Source of the DNA: Schmidtea polychroa
Taxonomy: Eukaryota
Assembly: GCA_044892525.1 (NCBI GenBank)
Contig: CM097887.1
Location: 1,240,001 to 1,304,000 of the forward strand
Direction: 5' to 3'
DNA length: 64,000 bases
In this document: positions 52,228-63,366 of the stretch, one piece after another
How the letters are laid out: the number at the start of each line of letters is the position of its first letter
Numbering within the stretch: position 1 is the first letter of the stretch
Made by a program: the position numbers and the translations under genes
Notes under the pieces: generated by a model
Seen by the model: the letters and a program-made list of their open reading frames with translations, nothing else
Told to the model about the DNA's origin: nothing
The model's database searches: none

Positions 52228-52245
52228 ATCACGCCGGGCTCACCA
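52228..52245 (-). other. Primer-binding site, tRNA-Trp-like
   Basis: Minus strand TGGTGAGCCCGGCGTGAT, 4 nt after the 5' LTR. Its complement ATCACGCCGGGCTCACCA resembles the metazoan tRNA-Trp 3' end (ATCACGTCGGGGTCACCA). Confidence 0.7.
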
Positions 52246-52249
52246 AATA

Positions 52250-53284
52250 TGTTGGGTTTTTAATGCAAGTCGGTACTACGGTCTGACTCCTTTGTGTTCT
52301 TTTCCAAATAAATAAATAAATAAATAACCCAACACAAAATCTTTATTGACACTGATGCAGTTACACTTTTACACTTGTATTAGTTTACTCACACTTGATA
52401 CAATCAGGTTTTGTCTGCACTTTTCAATTTATTAACAAATCTCACGCAGGGGTAGATCTTCCAACGGGATATGTCCCTTTCTGGTACGTTCGATTTTTAA
52501 ATGGTTTAATTTCTACTAACTTTAATATTTCCCTTTTCGCTCTCTTCAAACTTCTATTTTCTTTTCTTCGACCAACTGGCATTTTGTTTTCTTGCCAGTT
52601 GCTTTTATACTCGTTTAATAATTGACTTTATTTTTGCCAATTATCTTTGGTCCTATTTCCCCCCGGGCTTCCTCTTGGAGATCTAATTTAATTGAATGGA
52701 ATTTGTTTGACGGCGCTTTTTACTTTTTATCCGGCTAAATTAATTGCCTTCCCAAAATTAGATTTCTCCGGCTAAATTAATTGCCTTCCCGAAATTGGAT
52801 TTCTCAATTCGCTCGGGTTTTCCATTGTATCGGGTTTCCCATTAGCTCGGGTTCTCCATTAGCTCGGGTTTCCCATTAGCTCGGGTTCTCCATTAGCTCG
52901 GGTTTCCCATTAGCTCGGGTTCTCCATTAGCTCGGGTTTCCCATTAGCTCGGGTTCTCCATTAGCTCGGGTTTCCCATTAGCTCGGGTTCTCCATTAGCT
53001 CGGGTTTCCCATTAGCTCGGGTTTTCCATTAGTTAATTAATTTTTAATTAATTTTTGTTTTTTGTAATTTATTCCTTTTAGGGACCCCCCCATTGATTTT
53101 ATTTTATTATAGCTGAACTCGTCTCATTATTTCGCATCCGCCCATACCAGTTTCCCCAGAAAATATTCATTTTTTAAAATTTTTGATTTTTAATTAATAT
53201 TTTGTACTTTAAATTTTTATTCTGAATTTGGTGTTTTTGTCAATTTTCACCTCATTTTTGTGCCTCCCTTGTTGAACCCCAACA
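52250..53284 (-). repeat. 5' LTR (1035 bp)
   Basis: Direct repeat of 40870-41730 plus an extra 37-bp unit, 8 extra 17-mers and 1 extra C. Confidence 0.95.
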
Positions 53285-54457
53285 GTATTATAAAATAAAA
53301 ATGTAAATTATAAGTGTGAAGATTTTAATGTTTTAGATATTTATATCACTATTGAACGATCAAAAATGATTATAGAAATTAAAGTCGGTCGTTAAATTAA
53401 TTCGCAGACAACTCTATCAGAGGAAGTAGTATTTGACCTGCAAGGACCCAGTAGTGGCCTGTTTTTAAAGTTACTTGAGACTCTGATTCTCTGAAAACCT
53501 CAGTAGGAGTAGGAATCCCAAAACCAATGTCGTTCAGGCATAAATTAGAAAGTCACATTAAAGAGGTAACGACAAATGATAACCTAAGCTCCTTATAGAA
53601 TTAACGGGGACGATACAACACATGAATGGATATAGTTTATAAATTAATAAATGACTTACCAAATGCCCATGAAGCAAATTACCATAAATACCGACAAGCA
53701 TTAGAAGCAGGTTGGCGTCGGAAAATAAAAAAAATTTTTTTCATAAGAGACAGGTTGGAATTATGGCCAATTTTTATTTCGAAATTAGATTAAAAGGCCA
53801 TACACCTGAAATGCTGAAAAGGTTGTTATGAATATAATAGCAGCATACACCCCTTGAACGACTTCACCGACGAAGGGTATTGGAACACAGTTCGACAATA
53901 AGACCGTTCGCCAGCGAAATCTTTCTCTAGGGCTAATTATGGTAAATAATATAAGCTGAATTAAATAATTCAGCTTAAATACAAATGTAAATAAATGATG
54001 CCCATGATGTAAATAATTACATAATAAGGTTAGCTTAACAAAACAACTAAATGCATGTTTTAATTTTTCATTAAAAGTTAAACTAATGGATCTAAGCGAT
54101 TCAGATAAGACGACTACGAGCAAAAAAATAAATTTCAGAGTCAAAGAAAATTTTTGTCTCTGGTTGAATTAGTAATAAAGCATTTATAAGGAAGATCCCT
54201 TTCGATGTTTCTAGGTTGAGGCTATAGGGTGATGATAAGTAACGATTACCCCATTTTTTGGCTATAAATTTGTCATCTAACTTACGACAAGGCACACTAT
54301 CATCATCAGAGGGTAACTATTCGCTCGAACCACTGTTTTACGTTTTAGTAGACTGATAAGAAAGATGAAATTTTAAAAGGAAAATTACCATTAACCATTC
54401 TCATTTAACCACAGAATGTCGCAAGCATGTGATCCCGACGAAGCCGAATAGAGGCAA

Positions 54458-54778
54458 ATGATAACGCGGCTCCGGACCCGGTACATCTGGTATCGGATAC
54501 ACGACTGGAACCGGGGGTTGGACCTCGATAATTATGGTCCGGTCATTCGAAGCGGCCCAGAGCCCGATGCCCCGGCGTGTGTGAAAACCGAACCCTTCAA
54601 CAACGTGTTAAGAGAAGCCCGCGATCGAGCGGCCATCGAGGTAGAAGTGGCCCAGATGCGGCTGAGGAGACTCGAACTCCAGATCAAAGCCGAAATGATG
54701 GGAGTAACTCCTGAAGAGCTGGAGGAGACAGATGCTCCTCCAAGAAAGCGAGGGAGACCCCGTAAGAATCCTGCTTAA
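54458..54778 (+). CDS. Orphan 106-aa protein with short coiled coil and C-terminal AT-hook
   Basis: GC-rich ORF in an AT-rich background, ending PPRKRGRPRKNPA. An upstream in-frame ATG (54416) is separated from it by a TAG. Confidence 0.5.
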   Translation: MITRLRTRYIWYRIHDWNRGLDLDNYGPVIRSGPEPDAPACVKTEPFNNVLREARDRAAIEVEVAQMRLRRLELQIKAEMMGVTPEELEETDAPPRKRGRPRKNPA

Positions 54779-54984
54779 TCCGCCGGCAGTGGCAACTGGG
54801 ACAAGACTATTTAACTAATTTGATCCAGTGATGTTGTGTTTGCGTTGGACCTTTTTAGCCGCTAATATAACAAATGATAATTTTTTTTTATTGTTGACAA
54901 TATATTTCATTATATATCTTCGTAGTATAATAAATTATTTGCCTGCTATTACATTTTGGACTTTACGGCTTGCGGGGTGGATTC

Positions 54985-55536
54985 ATGATGAAGGTGACCC
55001 TCCTCATCCTTTATCTATTAATTTTATGAAATTAGTTGAGTCGCCTTTATGCATACGGAAACGAGCGACGAAATTTTTATTATCGTTTTCCTTCAGTGTA
55101 CAAGCTACTTGAAAACCTACGCAAGGACCGCGAACAGGCCCAACACCAATCCGAGGACCTTCGAAGTCGAGTTGAGAGGCTCAAAATCAAGTGCCGAGAA
55201 CTCGAAGGCACTTGGTTCAGTCCGGCTGAGATGAAGAAACGGACAACGCACATCTCACGGCTCCAGATCCAGGCGGAGCAAGACCAGCTCCAAATCCGAG
55301 CGTTGAAGCTACAAGTACGCTCGCTCGAGAGCAAACTGAATGAAAGATTCATCCAGGACGCCCTCCAAGAGCAGATTCGCCCACATCCGGTGGAGCTGGC
55401 CCAGATGTACCCACCAGCCCAGGCAAGCAAGCCGAAACGTAAACGGCTAGGGCGGAACACCCGAGACAAATTGAAAAGGGCCTGGCTGGCCGAGCAGGAG
55501 AAATTGAAAGAGGCTGAATCCAACCCACGAGCCTGA
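54985..55536 (+). CDS. Orphan coiled-coil protein with basic C-terminus (probably ATG ATG AAG + 42-nt intron + 55036-55536)
   Basis: GC-rich 166-codon frame preceded by a TTAG acceptor and a GTGACC donor at 54994; heptad-rich region; KPKRKRLGR. Confidence 0.45.
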
Positions 55537-57409
55537 GGAACGTTTGAGGGTACAGCCCTACTGAGTAAAACTGGCTTTGTAATATAGTAGTGATTAAATA
55601 AAGGCTTCTTGTTGTCTAATGAGTATGGGATTAAACTTTGCGATTGTCTAGAACAAGATAGTCGACAGCAAGGCGTTTGGGAAAACAACCTCGATGCGGG
55701 ACCGAAATAAATCGGACACGTGCCTTCTATCGGCGTCCGTGAACCCATAGAGTACTCGACAATTATAGTGCTCTTAACGCGCTCACTTTTTGCGAGTACT
55801 CAACCCCTTGGTACAGTACCAACGTTGATTGCTCAACGGGTACCAAGAGGAAAACAATGTTGTATGCCGGGTTACGCTGGTAACAGCACTTAAACATTCA
55901 ACCACCAGTAACCCACCAATAGTCTTTTTCAGGGCCGTAACAAGGGTGGTGCGAGCAGTGCAGTCGCACCGGGCGCACATCTGAATGGGGCGCAAAACTG
56001 GGATGTAACATTTTTTTAATGTTAATAAAAATTAAAAAAATTATCAAATTACATGCACGAAAAAAGGGCACCCTAGCTAGCCTATTTTTAACATTACTGG
56101 TTGGACTGGTCCATTAACATGCCCTCGTAGGTGTGTATTTTGTAAAATGTTAGTCCACAAAATGGGTTCCTGTCATTTTGTAAATTAGCACCAGAATTTT
56201 AATGGCATTACCACCTATTTTAATAGCTGGAGATGAAATACATAGTTAACAATCTCAACATGAATATTATAATTATTATAGCAGGCTGTTTTGAATTCGG
56301 GTTTTAGGGGCGCCAGATATATGAACCGCACATTTCATTTCTTCGATCCTTCGTGTCAGAACTCAATAATAACTAAAAGGCTAATTGGGATTTTACGATC
56401 CTTAATAAAAACAATAAAAATATAATAATTTACTACAAATATGAATAATTTATTCTAATATTCAAACAGCATTAATGTTATTTTTGTTGTTGAAAATCAA
56501 AACTGGGGGCCATGAAAATCATTGCATGAGTTAAAATAATATATACGATAGCAGCAGGTTACTAAATTCCATATATTCATTGGTAATGTATTTCTACGGA
56601 CGTAGCAGTTAAGTATTAATAAAAAATTAATAAATTAAAATTGGTAATGATGATAAAATAATTATAATAATAAATAGNNNNNNNNNNNNNNNNNNNNNNN
56701 NNNNNNNNNNNNNNNNNNNNNNNNNNNNNNNNNNNNNNNNNNNNNNNNNNNNNNNNNNNNNNNNNNNNNNNNNNNNNNNNNNNNNNNNNNNNNNNNNNNN
56801 NNNNNNNNNNNNNNNNNNNNNNNNNNNNNNNNNNCTTGGTAGCAACATTTATTATTTGAAACAATAAAGTGATAATTTAAGCCTTTGACAAGGACTATCT
56901 TGTAGTCGAAAATTTTTTCATTAAATACATTATTTGCAGCAAAAGGCTTAAATTATNNNNNNNNNNNNNNNNNNNNNNNNNNNNNNNNNNNNNNNNNNNN
57001 NNNNNNNNNNNNNNNNNNNNNNNNNNNNNNNNNNNNNNNNNNNNNNNNNNNNNNNNNNNNNNNNNNNNNNNNNNNNNNNNNNNNNNNNNNNNNNNNNNNN
57101 NNNNNNNNNNNNNNNNNNNNNNNNNNNNNNNNNNNNNNNNTAAAGTAATCACATCCATATTTTAAAAACAAAACAAAAATCTCTATTATTAAAGCAATCA
57201 CTGTTTTTAGCTTAGAGGATATTTTCGCAAGCATGAGTTAATATTTGAATAAGGAATATTCGTAAATATTTTATATTTTAATCTTCAATCATTCTTAAAT
57301 ATATTTAATTTATTATTTTAATTTATAATTTTATTATTTACTTTAATTATATTATTTAAATCTATTTAAATCTGGAATTTAAATACTTCTTCAATTTAAT
57401 TACTTTCAC

Positions 57410-57410
<1 letters not shown>

Positions 57411-57480
<70 letters not shown>
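57411..57480 (+). repeat. (AAT)n microsatellite
   Basis: Read directly. Confidence 0.95.
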
Positions 57481-57481
<1 letters not shown>

Positions 57482-57948
57482 TGGCATGTGGGAGGGCCGT
57501 GCTGAATCAGTATAATGGTTATGGGCCCCCTTGAGGTCTGTATGAATGAGATTCAACAGAATGGACAATAATATTATCAACCCCCACAATTCCCATATCA
57601 GAACATGAAAATTACAAATAAAATTATATTTGTCTATTATAACTAAATGGGCATTGTTCTCTTACAGATAACCTACGGTAGATAACAGAATATTATCCAT
57701 AATGCGAGTACGTCATTACGGAATCGTGGCACATATCAAAACCATTTGAAGCAGTCGGCATTATGTACAAATCGAAAGTAATAAAAAATAAAAAATATAA
57801 CATAATATTATAATGATAATAATATAAATTATTATCCATTGGAAGATGCTGGGAGAAATGATCGAGGTCTCCTGGACAGTAAGCGGACAATGTAGAATTG
57901 AACCAATCAAATCAATTGTTGCAATCTAACATAATGAAATATGATCAT

Positions 57949-60900
57949 TTATCGTCCACAATCTGGACAAATGATCTTGTCATCATTGGTGAGGAATCCT
58001 TTACCGACCAAGCTGATGTTACATTTGTAGCAAGTAAAGCATTCCGAATGCCAATGCCGATCTTCGAATGAAATGAACTTGCAGCCTCCGAATCCTGAAA
58101 GATTTTAATGTTATCAGTACTATCAGTATCCCCTTAACTGATTCTCAAAGGATAAGTAAACCAACCAATAATGGCCATCGCAAAGCTTATAATACAACTT
58201 ATAAGGCCTTTTGTATGTTTTAATCACTGAGTTTAATTTTTGCTATTCCCATCATCAAATATACGCCTACTGCAATGTTTTTGTGTTTGCAATTTCAAAT
58301 TTCCTTCACTCGCACATTTTTAAGGGTTATTATCTCTGTTAGGCCCCTAGAATCAGGGCCTAGGTCATCAGCATTACCGGTCTAGCTACCCCAATATATC
58401 ATATCACCCTTGGGCCCCCAGATCATCAGCATTACCGGTCCAGCTACCCCAATATATCATATCACCCTTGGGCCCCCAGATCATCAGCATTACCGGTCTA
58501 GCTACCCCAATATATCATATCACCCTTGGGCCCCCAGATCATCAGCATTACCGGTCCAGCTACCCCAATATATCATATCACCCTTGGGCCCCCAGATCAT
58601 CAGCATTACCGGGCCAGCTACCCCAATATATCATATCACCCTTGGGCCTCCAGATCATCAGCATTACCGGTCTAGCTACCCCAATATATCATATCACCCT
58701 TGGGCCCCCAGATCATCAGCATTACCGGTCCAGCTACCCCAATATATCATATCACCCTTGGGCCCCCAGATCATCAGCATTACCGGTCCAGCTACCCCAA
58801 TATATCATATCACCCTTGGGCCCCCAGATCATCAGCATTACCGGTCCAGCTACCCCAATATATCATATCACCCTTGGGCCCCCAGATCATCAGCATTACC
58901 GGGCCAGCTACCCCAATATATCATATCACCCTTGGGCCCCCAGATCATCAGCATTACCGGTCCAGCTACCCCAATATATCATATCACCCTTGGGCCCCCA
59001 GATCATCAGCATTACCGGGCCAGCTACCCCAATATATCATATCACCCTTGGGCCCCCAGATCATCAGCATTACCGGGCCAGCTACCCCAATATATCATAT
59101 CACACTTGGGCCCATCCATTCCAAAGACAAATTTGATTGGCAGAATATATTCCATGATATTGGAGTGTCATTGTCATTCAATGATGTTAGAGAGCTTCAA
59201 CCATTTAATTGTCCATCATGTCTCATTTCCACCAATTAATTCTATGAACATGTGGAAATATGGTGTAATACCTCTGACTGTGACCCCTTACAAAGTTTGT
59301 GAACCGCATAAGTGCTATGATTAACATTAAAAGGATCCCTGCGTTTGGGAGGCAACCAATGGCCAGCCAGATTCACCTAAAGCTGATAAAGGAGACAAAT
59401 AATCCAGATCTCTATGTCAAACGCGGTCCAAAACAGAAAAGTCTCCTAGAAATTGCAGGAGGAAATATATGAAACATATGAAACATATGAAGATCTCATC
59501 AGGCTCTCCTAAATCAACCGAGGAATAAAATGAAATCTGTTTACCAGTGATCGGTTTTGTACATTTTGAACACTTCTTGGCAAACAGTTCTCCGTAACAT
59601 TCAGCACAATAAGGCTTTTCCTCCTTTGATGTGAATTTGATTCCTGCTAATTGTTTGCTACAGTGAGTACATGTGAAACACTCTTTATGCCACGGAGAAC
59701 CCTTGTAGGTCACCCCGCCCCGCCGGATCACCTAAATATGGATCAATTATTATCATGATGCCCATTTCAATAATGCTTACTCCTACACATTTGGTACACT
59801 TTTGAGCATACTTTTCTTCGTAGCACGGAACGCAGACGATATCCTGCTCTCGAGGGATAAAGCTTTTCGTGCCTATTGGCTGCCGACAGTCAACACACAA
59901 GAAGCATTCTTCATGCCATTGCTTGCCTCGATACTCATATTTCCTCATTCCAGCCTTGAATACTTTATGGCACCCATCGCAACGAGTGGCGAATTTGTTA
60001 TCGTAGCAATCGGAACAATACAAATTGTTGTCTTTCGTGGCAAACGGCTGGTCAACTAAAGACGAAGAACATTCAAAGCATTTAAAGCATTTCTCATGCC
60101 AATGCCTGTCCTTAAATGAAAGGTCCTAGAATCGAATATATCAACGGTTTCACACCAATTTCGTTACTAACCTTTGAGTCGCATCCGATTCTACCGTTGC
60201 ACTGTTGACAGATGTTGGCATATTGGCTTTCATAGCATCCAATGCACAATGGCTGGTCATCTTTGAGGATGTATCGGTGACCTGTCAAGGAATTGTCACA
60301 GCTCTTGCAAGCAAAATGAGCTGGGTGATGTTCTTGTTCCATAGCACGAGTGTATTCCTCCGTGAAGATCAACTCATCACAAGTAGCGCATCTTGGTCTG
60401 ATTAATTGGGCATAATGTCTCACACAGTAGGGTTTATTGGAATACCAGCAATATATGTAATCAACAAGCACCTCGTCACACTCTGTACATTTGAAACATC
60501 GAGGATGCCAACTCATTTGGGTATTGGCTGCATGTTCAACTCTGACCGCCAATTGTCCGGCTTGTATGGATGACTGACATTGAGTACAGGGCTAAACAAA
60601 TTTAATTTCCTATTATTATAGGTGACTTATTACTGCTGTCCCCCTCAATGTCCCCCTCCCTTTTATCTGTAGCATAAGTTCCACAAGTACCAATGCATCA
60701 GAAGAAAGGTAAACCGGAAAACAATTGTAAACACCAAATGACATAAGCTTACTAATGCTGCCATATCAAGGCGATAAACATGACCAACTCCGAGATCTTG
60801 ATTGTTGCGAAATTGTAAAAACTTTTCCGCTTCTTGTCGTTCGGTCGGAGTTTCCAAATGGGAGAACTTTTCAACGCATCTATCATGAACTGGGATTTGG

Positions 60901-61290
60901 CGGCGCAGCTTTTGTTTGCGCAATTTCTCTCCGGCCCGTGAAGCAATGTTGCCGCCAACAATCGATGTAAACTGTTCAACTTCTGATGCTTGCAACCCAA
61001 TTGGTAGCCAGCTCAATCCATACTTTCTCGCCATTTTCAAGGATTCCATAAACAGACTATAATACGGCTTGTCAACCAATTTCATTTCCTCAAGGATTGG
61101 CAAGGGCGATTCATCGGTGATGTCATGTCTGTCCACACTACAATCGCAGCCCAAACAGGTCTTCCTAACACCAATCAATGACATCTATGTTAATGAAATC
61201 CTTCTCATACCTCCATCCGTGAATTTTGAAGCCTCGGCATTTGTCAACGCAGTCCAGGCAAGGTGTTCCGATATCTTGTTTCAGTGCCAT
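57949..61290 (-). CDS. Lmpt: PET + six-LIM protein (Limpet / LIM-9 / FHL2-like), 6 exons, 529 aa
   Basis: Exons 61290-61211, 61164-60753, 60591-60172, 60125-59781, 59731-59545, 58094-57949 (1590 nt, in frame). N-terminal PCLDCVDKCRGFKIHGWRKTC, PET region, LIM repeats (WHPRCFKC, WHEKCFKC, WHEECFLC, WHKECFTC, WHSECFTC). Confidence 0.9.
58361..59113 (+). repeat. 58-bp minisatellite (~13 copies) in the last intron of the LIM gene
   Basis: Unit GGGCCCCCAGATCATCAGCATTACCGGTCCAGCTACCCCAATATATCATATCACCCTT. Confidence 0.95.
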
Positions 61291-61943
61291 TCAATAGCTA
61301 GGTCTAGAAAGCAAAGTATTTCCTAAGCTGTCAAGCTAGCAGTAGCAATATGCAAATTCCAATCAACAAGAAATTTTTTAATTTATTACGAGGCCCCCCT
61401 TCGGAATTCACAAATTCAGTGATGCGTATCCCATAATTTATAAGTATGAATATAATCAAAATATAATAAATTACTTTATATATTCTATATGAGATTCTGA
61501 GAGATTTGAATAGATCCAAAATCAATATCTTTTCTGTTGCTATTATTAATTGAATGATTTAAACAAATTCCTTCTTTCATAAATAATATAATAATAATTT
61601 ATAATAAATTATATAATAATATTTTCATTTGTTGTAAATGCGGTCCAATTGAAATTCGACTCTTGACTTTTGCATAATTGTCCACAAAAACTTACAGTAA
61701 ACATCAACAAATAAATGCGCGTATGTTGGGCCATAAATAGATAAAATACAATTCTAATAGTGATAATTTTGTGGAAATAGGTCGCTAACAGAACACCATA
61801 AAACATATCACTAAGTTGAGTTAAACTTCAGACATGATAAAAACACCAAGTAACAACTATATATGGAGAAAACATACACAAAAAATCATAAACATAAGAA
61901 TAATATTAAAACAATAACATGTGCAAGAAATTTTACAAGATAA

Positions 61944-62737
61944 TGTTGGGGTTCAACAAGAGAGGTACAAAAATGAGTAGAAAAATCAATAAAAACAATA
62001 AATTCACAACAAAGTAATTAAAGTGCAAAAATATTAATTAAAAATCAAAAAATTTTAAAAACGAATATTTCCCAAGGGATGCCGAAACAATAAGACGAGT
62101 TCAAATATAATAAAATAAAATCAGTGGGGGGGGCTCTAGAGGACTTAATTACAAAAAACTAAAATTAATTAAAAATTAATTAGCTAATGGAGAACCCGAG
62201 CAATGTGAGAGAACCTGTATGGTCAATCAAATTAGTAGGGGCAATTAAATCAGCGGACTAATAATTAAATTGGAAGAAACCATCATAAGAGACGAGCAAA
62301 TTCTTCAAACTAGTTAGAGCGACAAGAGGAAGTTCGAGGGAAATGGATCCGAAATAATTTGACAATGTAAAATCAAATTACGAGATGTATACAAAAGCAA
62401 CCGGCAAGTAAACAGAATTGCCAGTAGGTCGAAGAAACGTAAACGAATAATTTAGCGAAAGTAAATAAAGAAAACTTTGAACTTAGTGATAACTGAATAT
62501 TTTCGAATCGAGCGTACCAGAAATGGACATCTCCCATTGGAAGATTAGGTTTACATTGGTATTGAAAAGTGCAGAGCAAAAAGAGTTGTTTAAAGTGTGG
62601 TTGTGTCAATAAAGAGTGTAATCAAAGTGTAATTGTATTAGTCTCGAATAAATATTCTGTGTTGGGTTGTTTAACTTAATTTCAAAAGGACACCAAGGAG
62701 TCAGGCCATGATACCGTCTTGCACCAAATATCCAACA
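61944..62737 (+). mobile_element. Solo LTR of a sister family of the 40870-53284 element
   Basis: Starts TGTTGGGGTTCAACAAGAGAGGTACAAAAATGAG and ends GCACCAAATATCCAACA. Co-linear with the reverse complement of LTR 40870-41730 but clearly diverged; 4-bp TSD ATAA. Confidence 0.85.
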
Positions 62738-62964
62738 ATAATAATATGAACATAACAAAAAATAAATTACAAGATTGAAACAAAATCAAATGGATTGCGA
62801 TAAGAAGGAATAAAAGATAAAAATAAAATTTCGCAAAAATAATTTTAAAAAAGAAATAAGAAAAAAAACATTTGTAATAGGTTAAATTATCAAAAAAGGA
62901 ATCAAAATGAATGAAAGTCTTGAAATATTTGAATTTGTTTAAATGAACTAATGTACGCACATCA

Positions 62965-63366
62965 ATTCGAATGGTAATACTTAAGTTTTGGGGGGGGCTG
63001 AATTCAAAAATGAGTTAATTAATATATACTCTGAGTTTATCCGACAAGATATTCTGTCCCCCTATGGGTATTGCTCACAAGGTACTACTCACATTCAACA
63101 TGTCGTAAGGGTATTAGTCGTAAAGGTATTTAATGCTTTTATTTGAATGATTATTTAGGCAAATTTGTTGTTTAAGGCATTCATTGATAATTTTACCAAA
63201 AATTCACAAAAATGATAAAAATTACGACATGTTGAATGTGAGTAGTACCCTTGTCTTGAAGTACCCCATAGGGGGACAGAATATTTTGTCGGATAAACTC
63301 AGAGTATATATTAATTAACTCATTTTTGAATTCAGCCCCCCAAAACTTAAGTATTACCATTCGAAT
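62965..63366. mobile_element. Long-TIR MITE (Merlin-like termini)
   Basis: ~140-bp near-perfect inverted arms; GGTAATAC...GTATTACC termini (62973-63358) flanked by ATTCGAAT on both sides. Confidence 0.75.

Larger units (their letters stand above)
40870..53284 (-). mobile_element. Non-autonomous (pol-less) LTR retroelement / endogenous-retrovirus-like element, Ty3/Gypsy-like gag, with env-like and host-like cargo
   Basis: Two near-identical LTRs with TGTTGGG...CCCAACA termini; 4-bp TSD GTAT (40866-40869 and 53285-53288); PBS and PPT correctly placed for minus orientation; gag ORF; no PR, RT, RH or IN motifs in the interior ORFs. Confidence 0.9.

Noticed and set aside
55930-55990. CAGGGCCGTAAC... 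hAT-like terminal sequence (similar starts at ~57493)
   Set aside because: No matching inverted end or 8-bp TSD could be identified; intervening N runs obscure the region.
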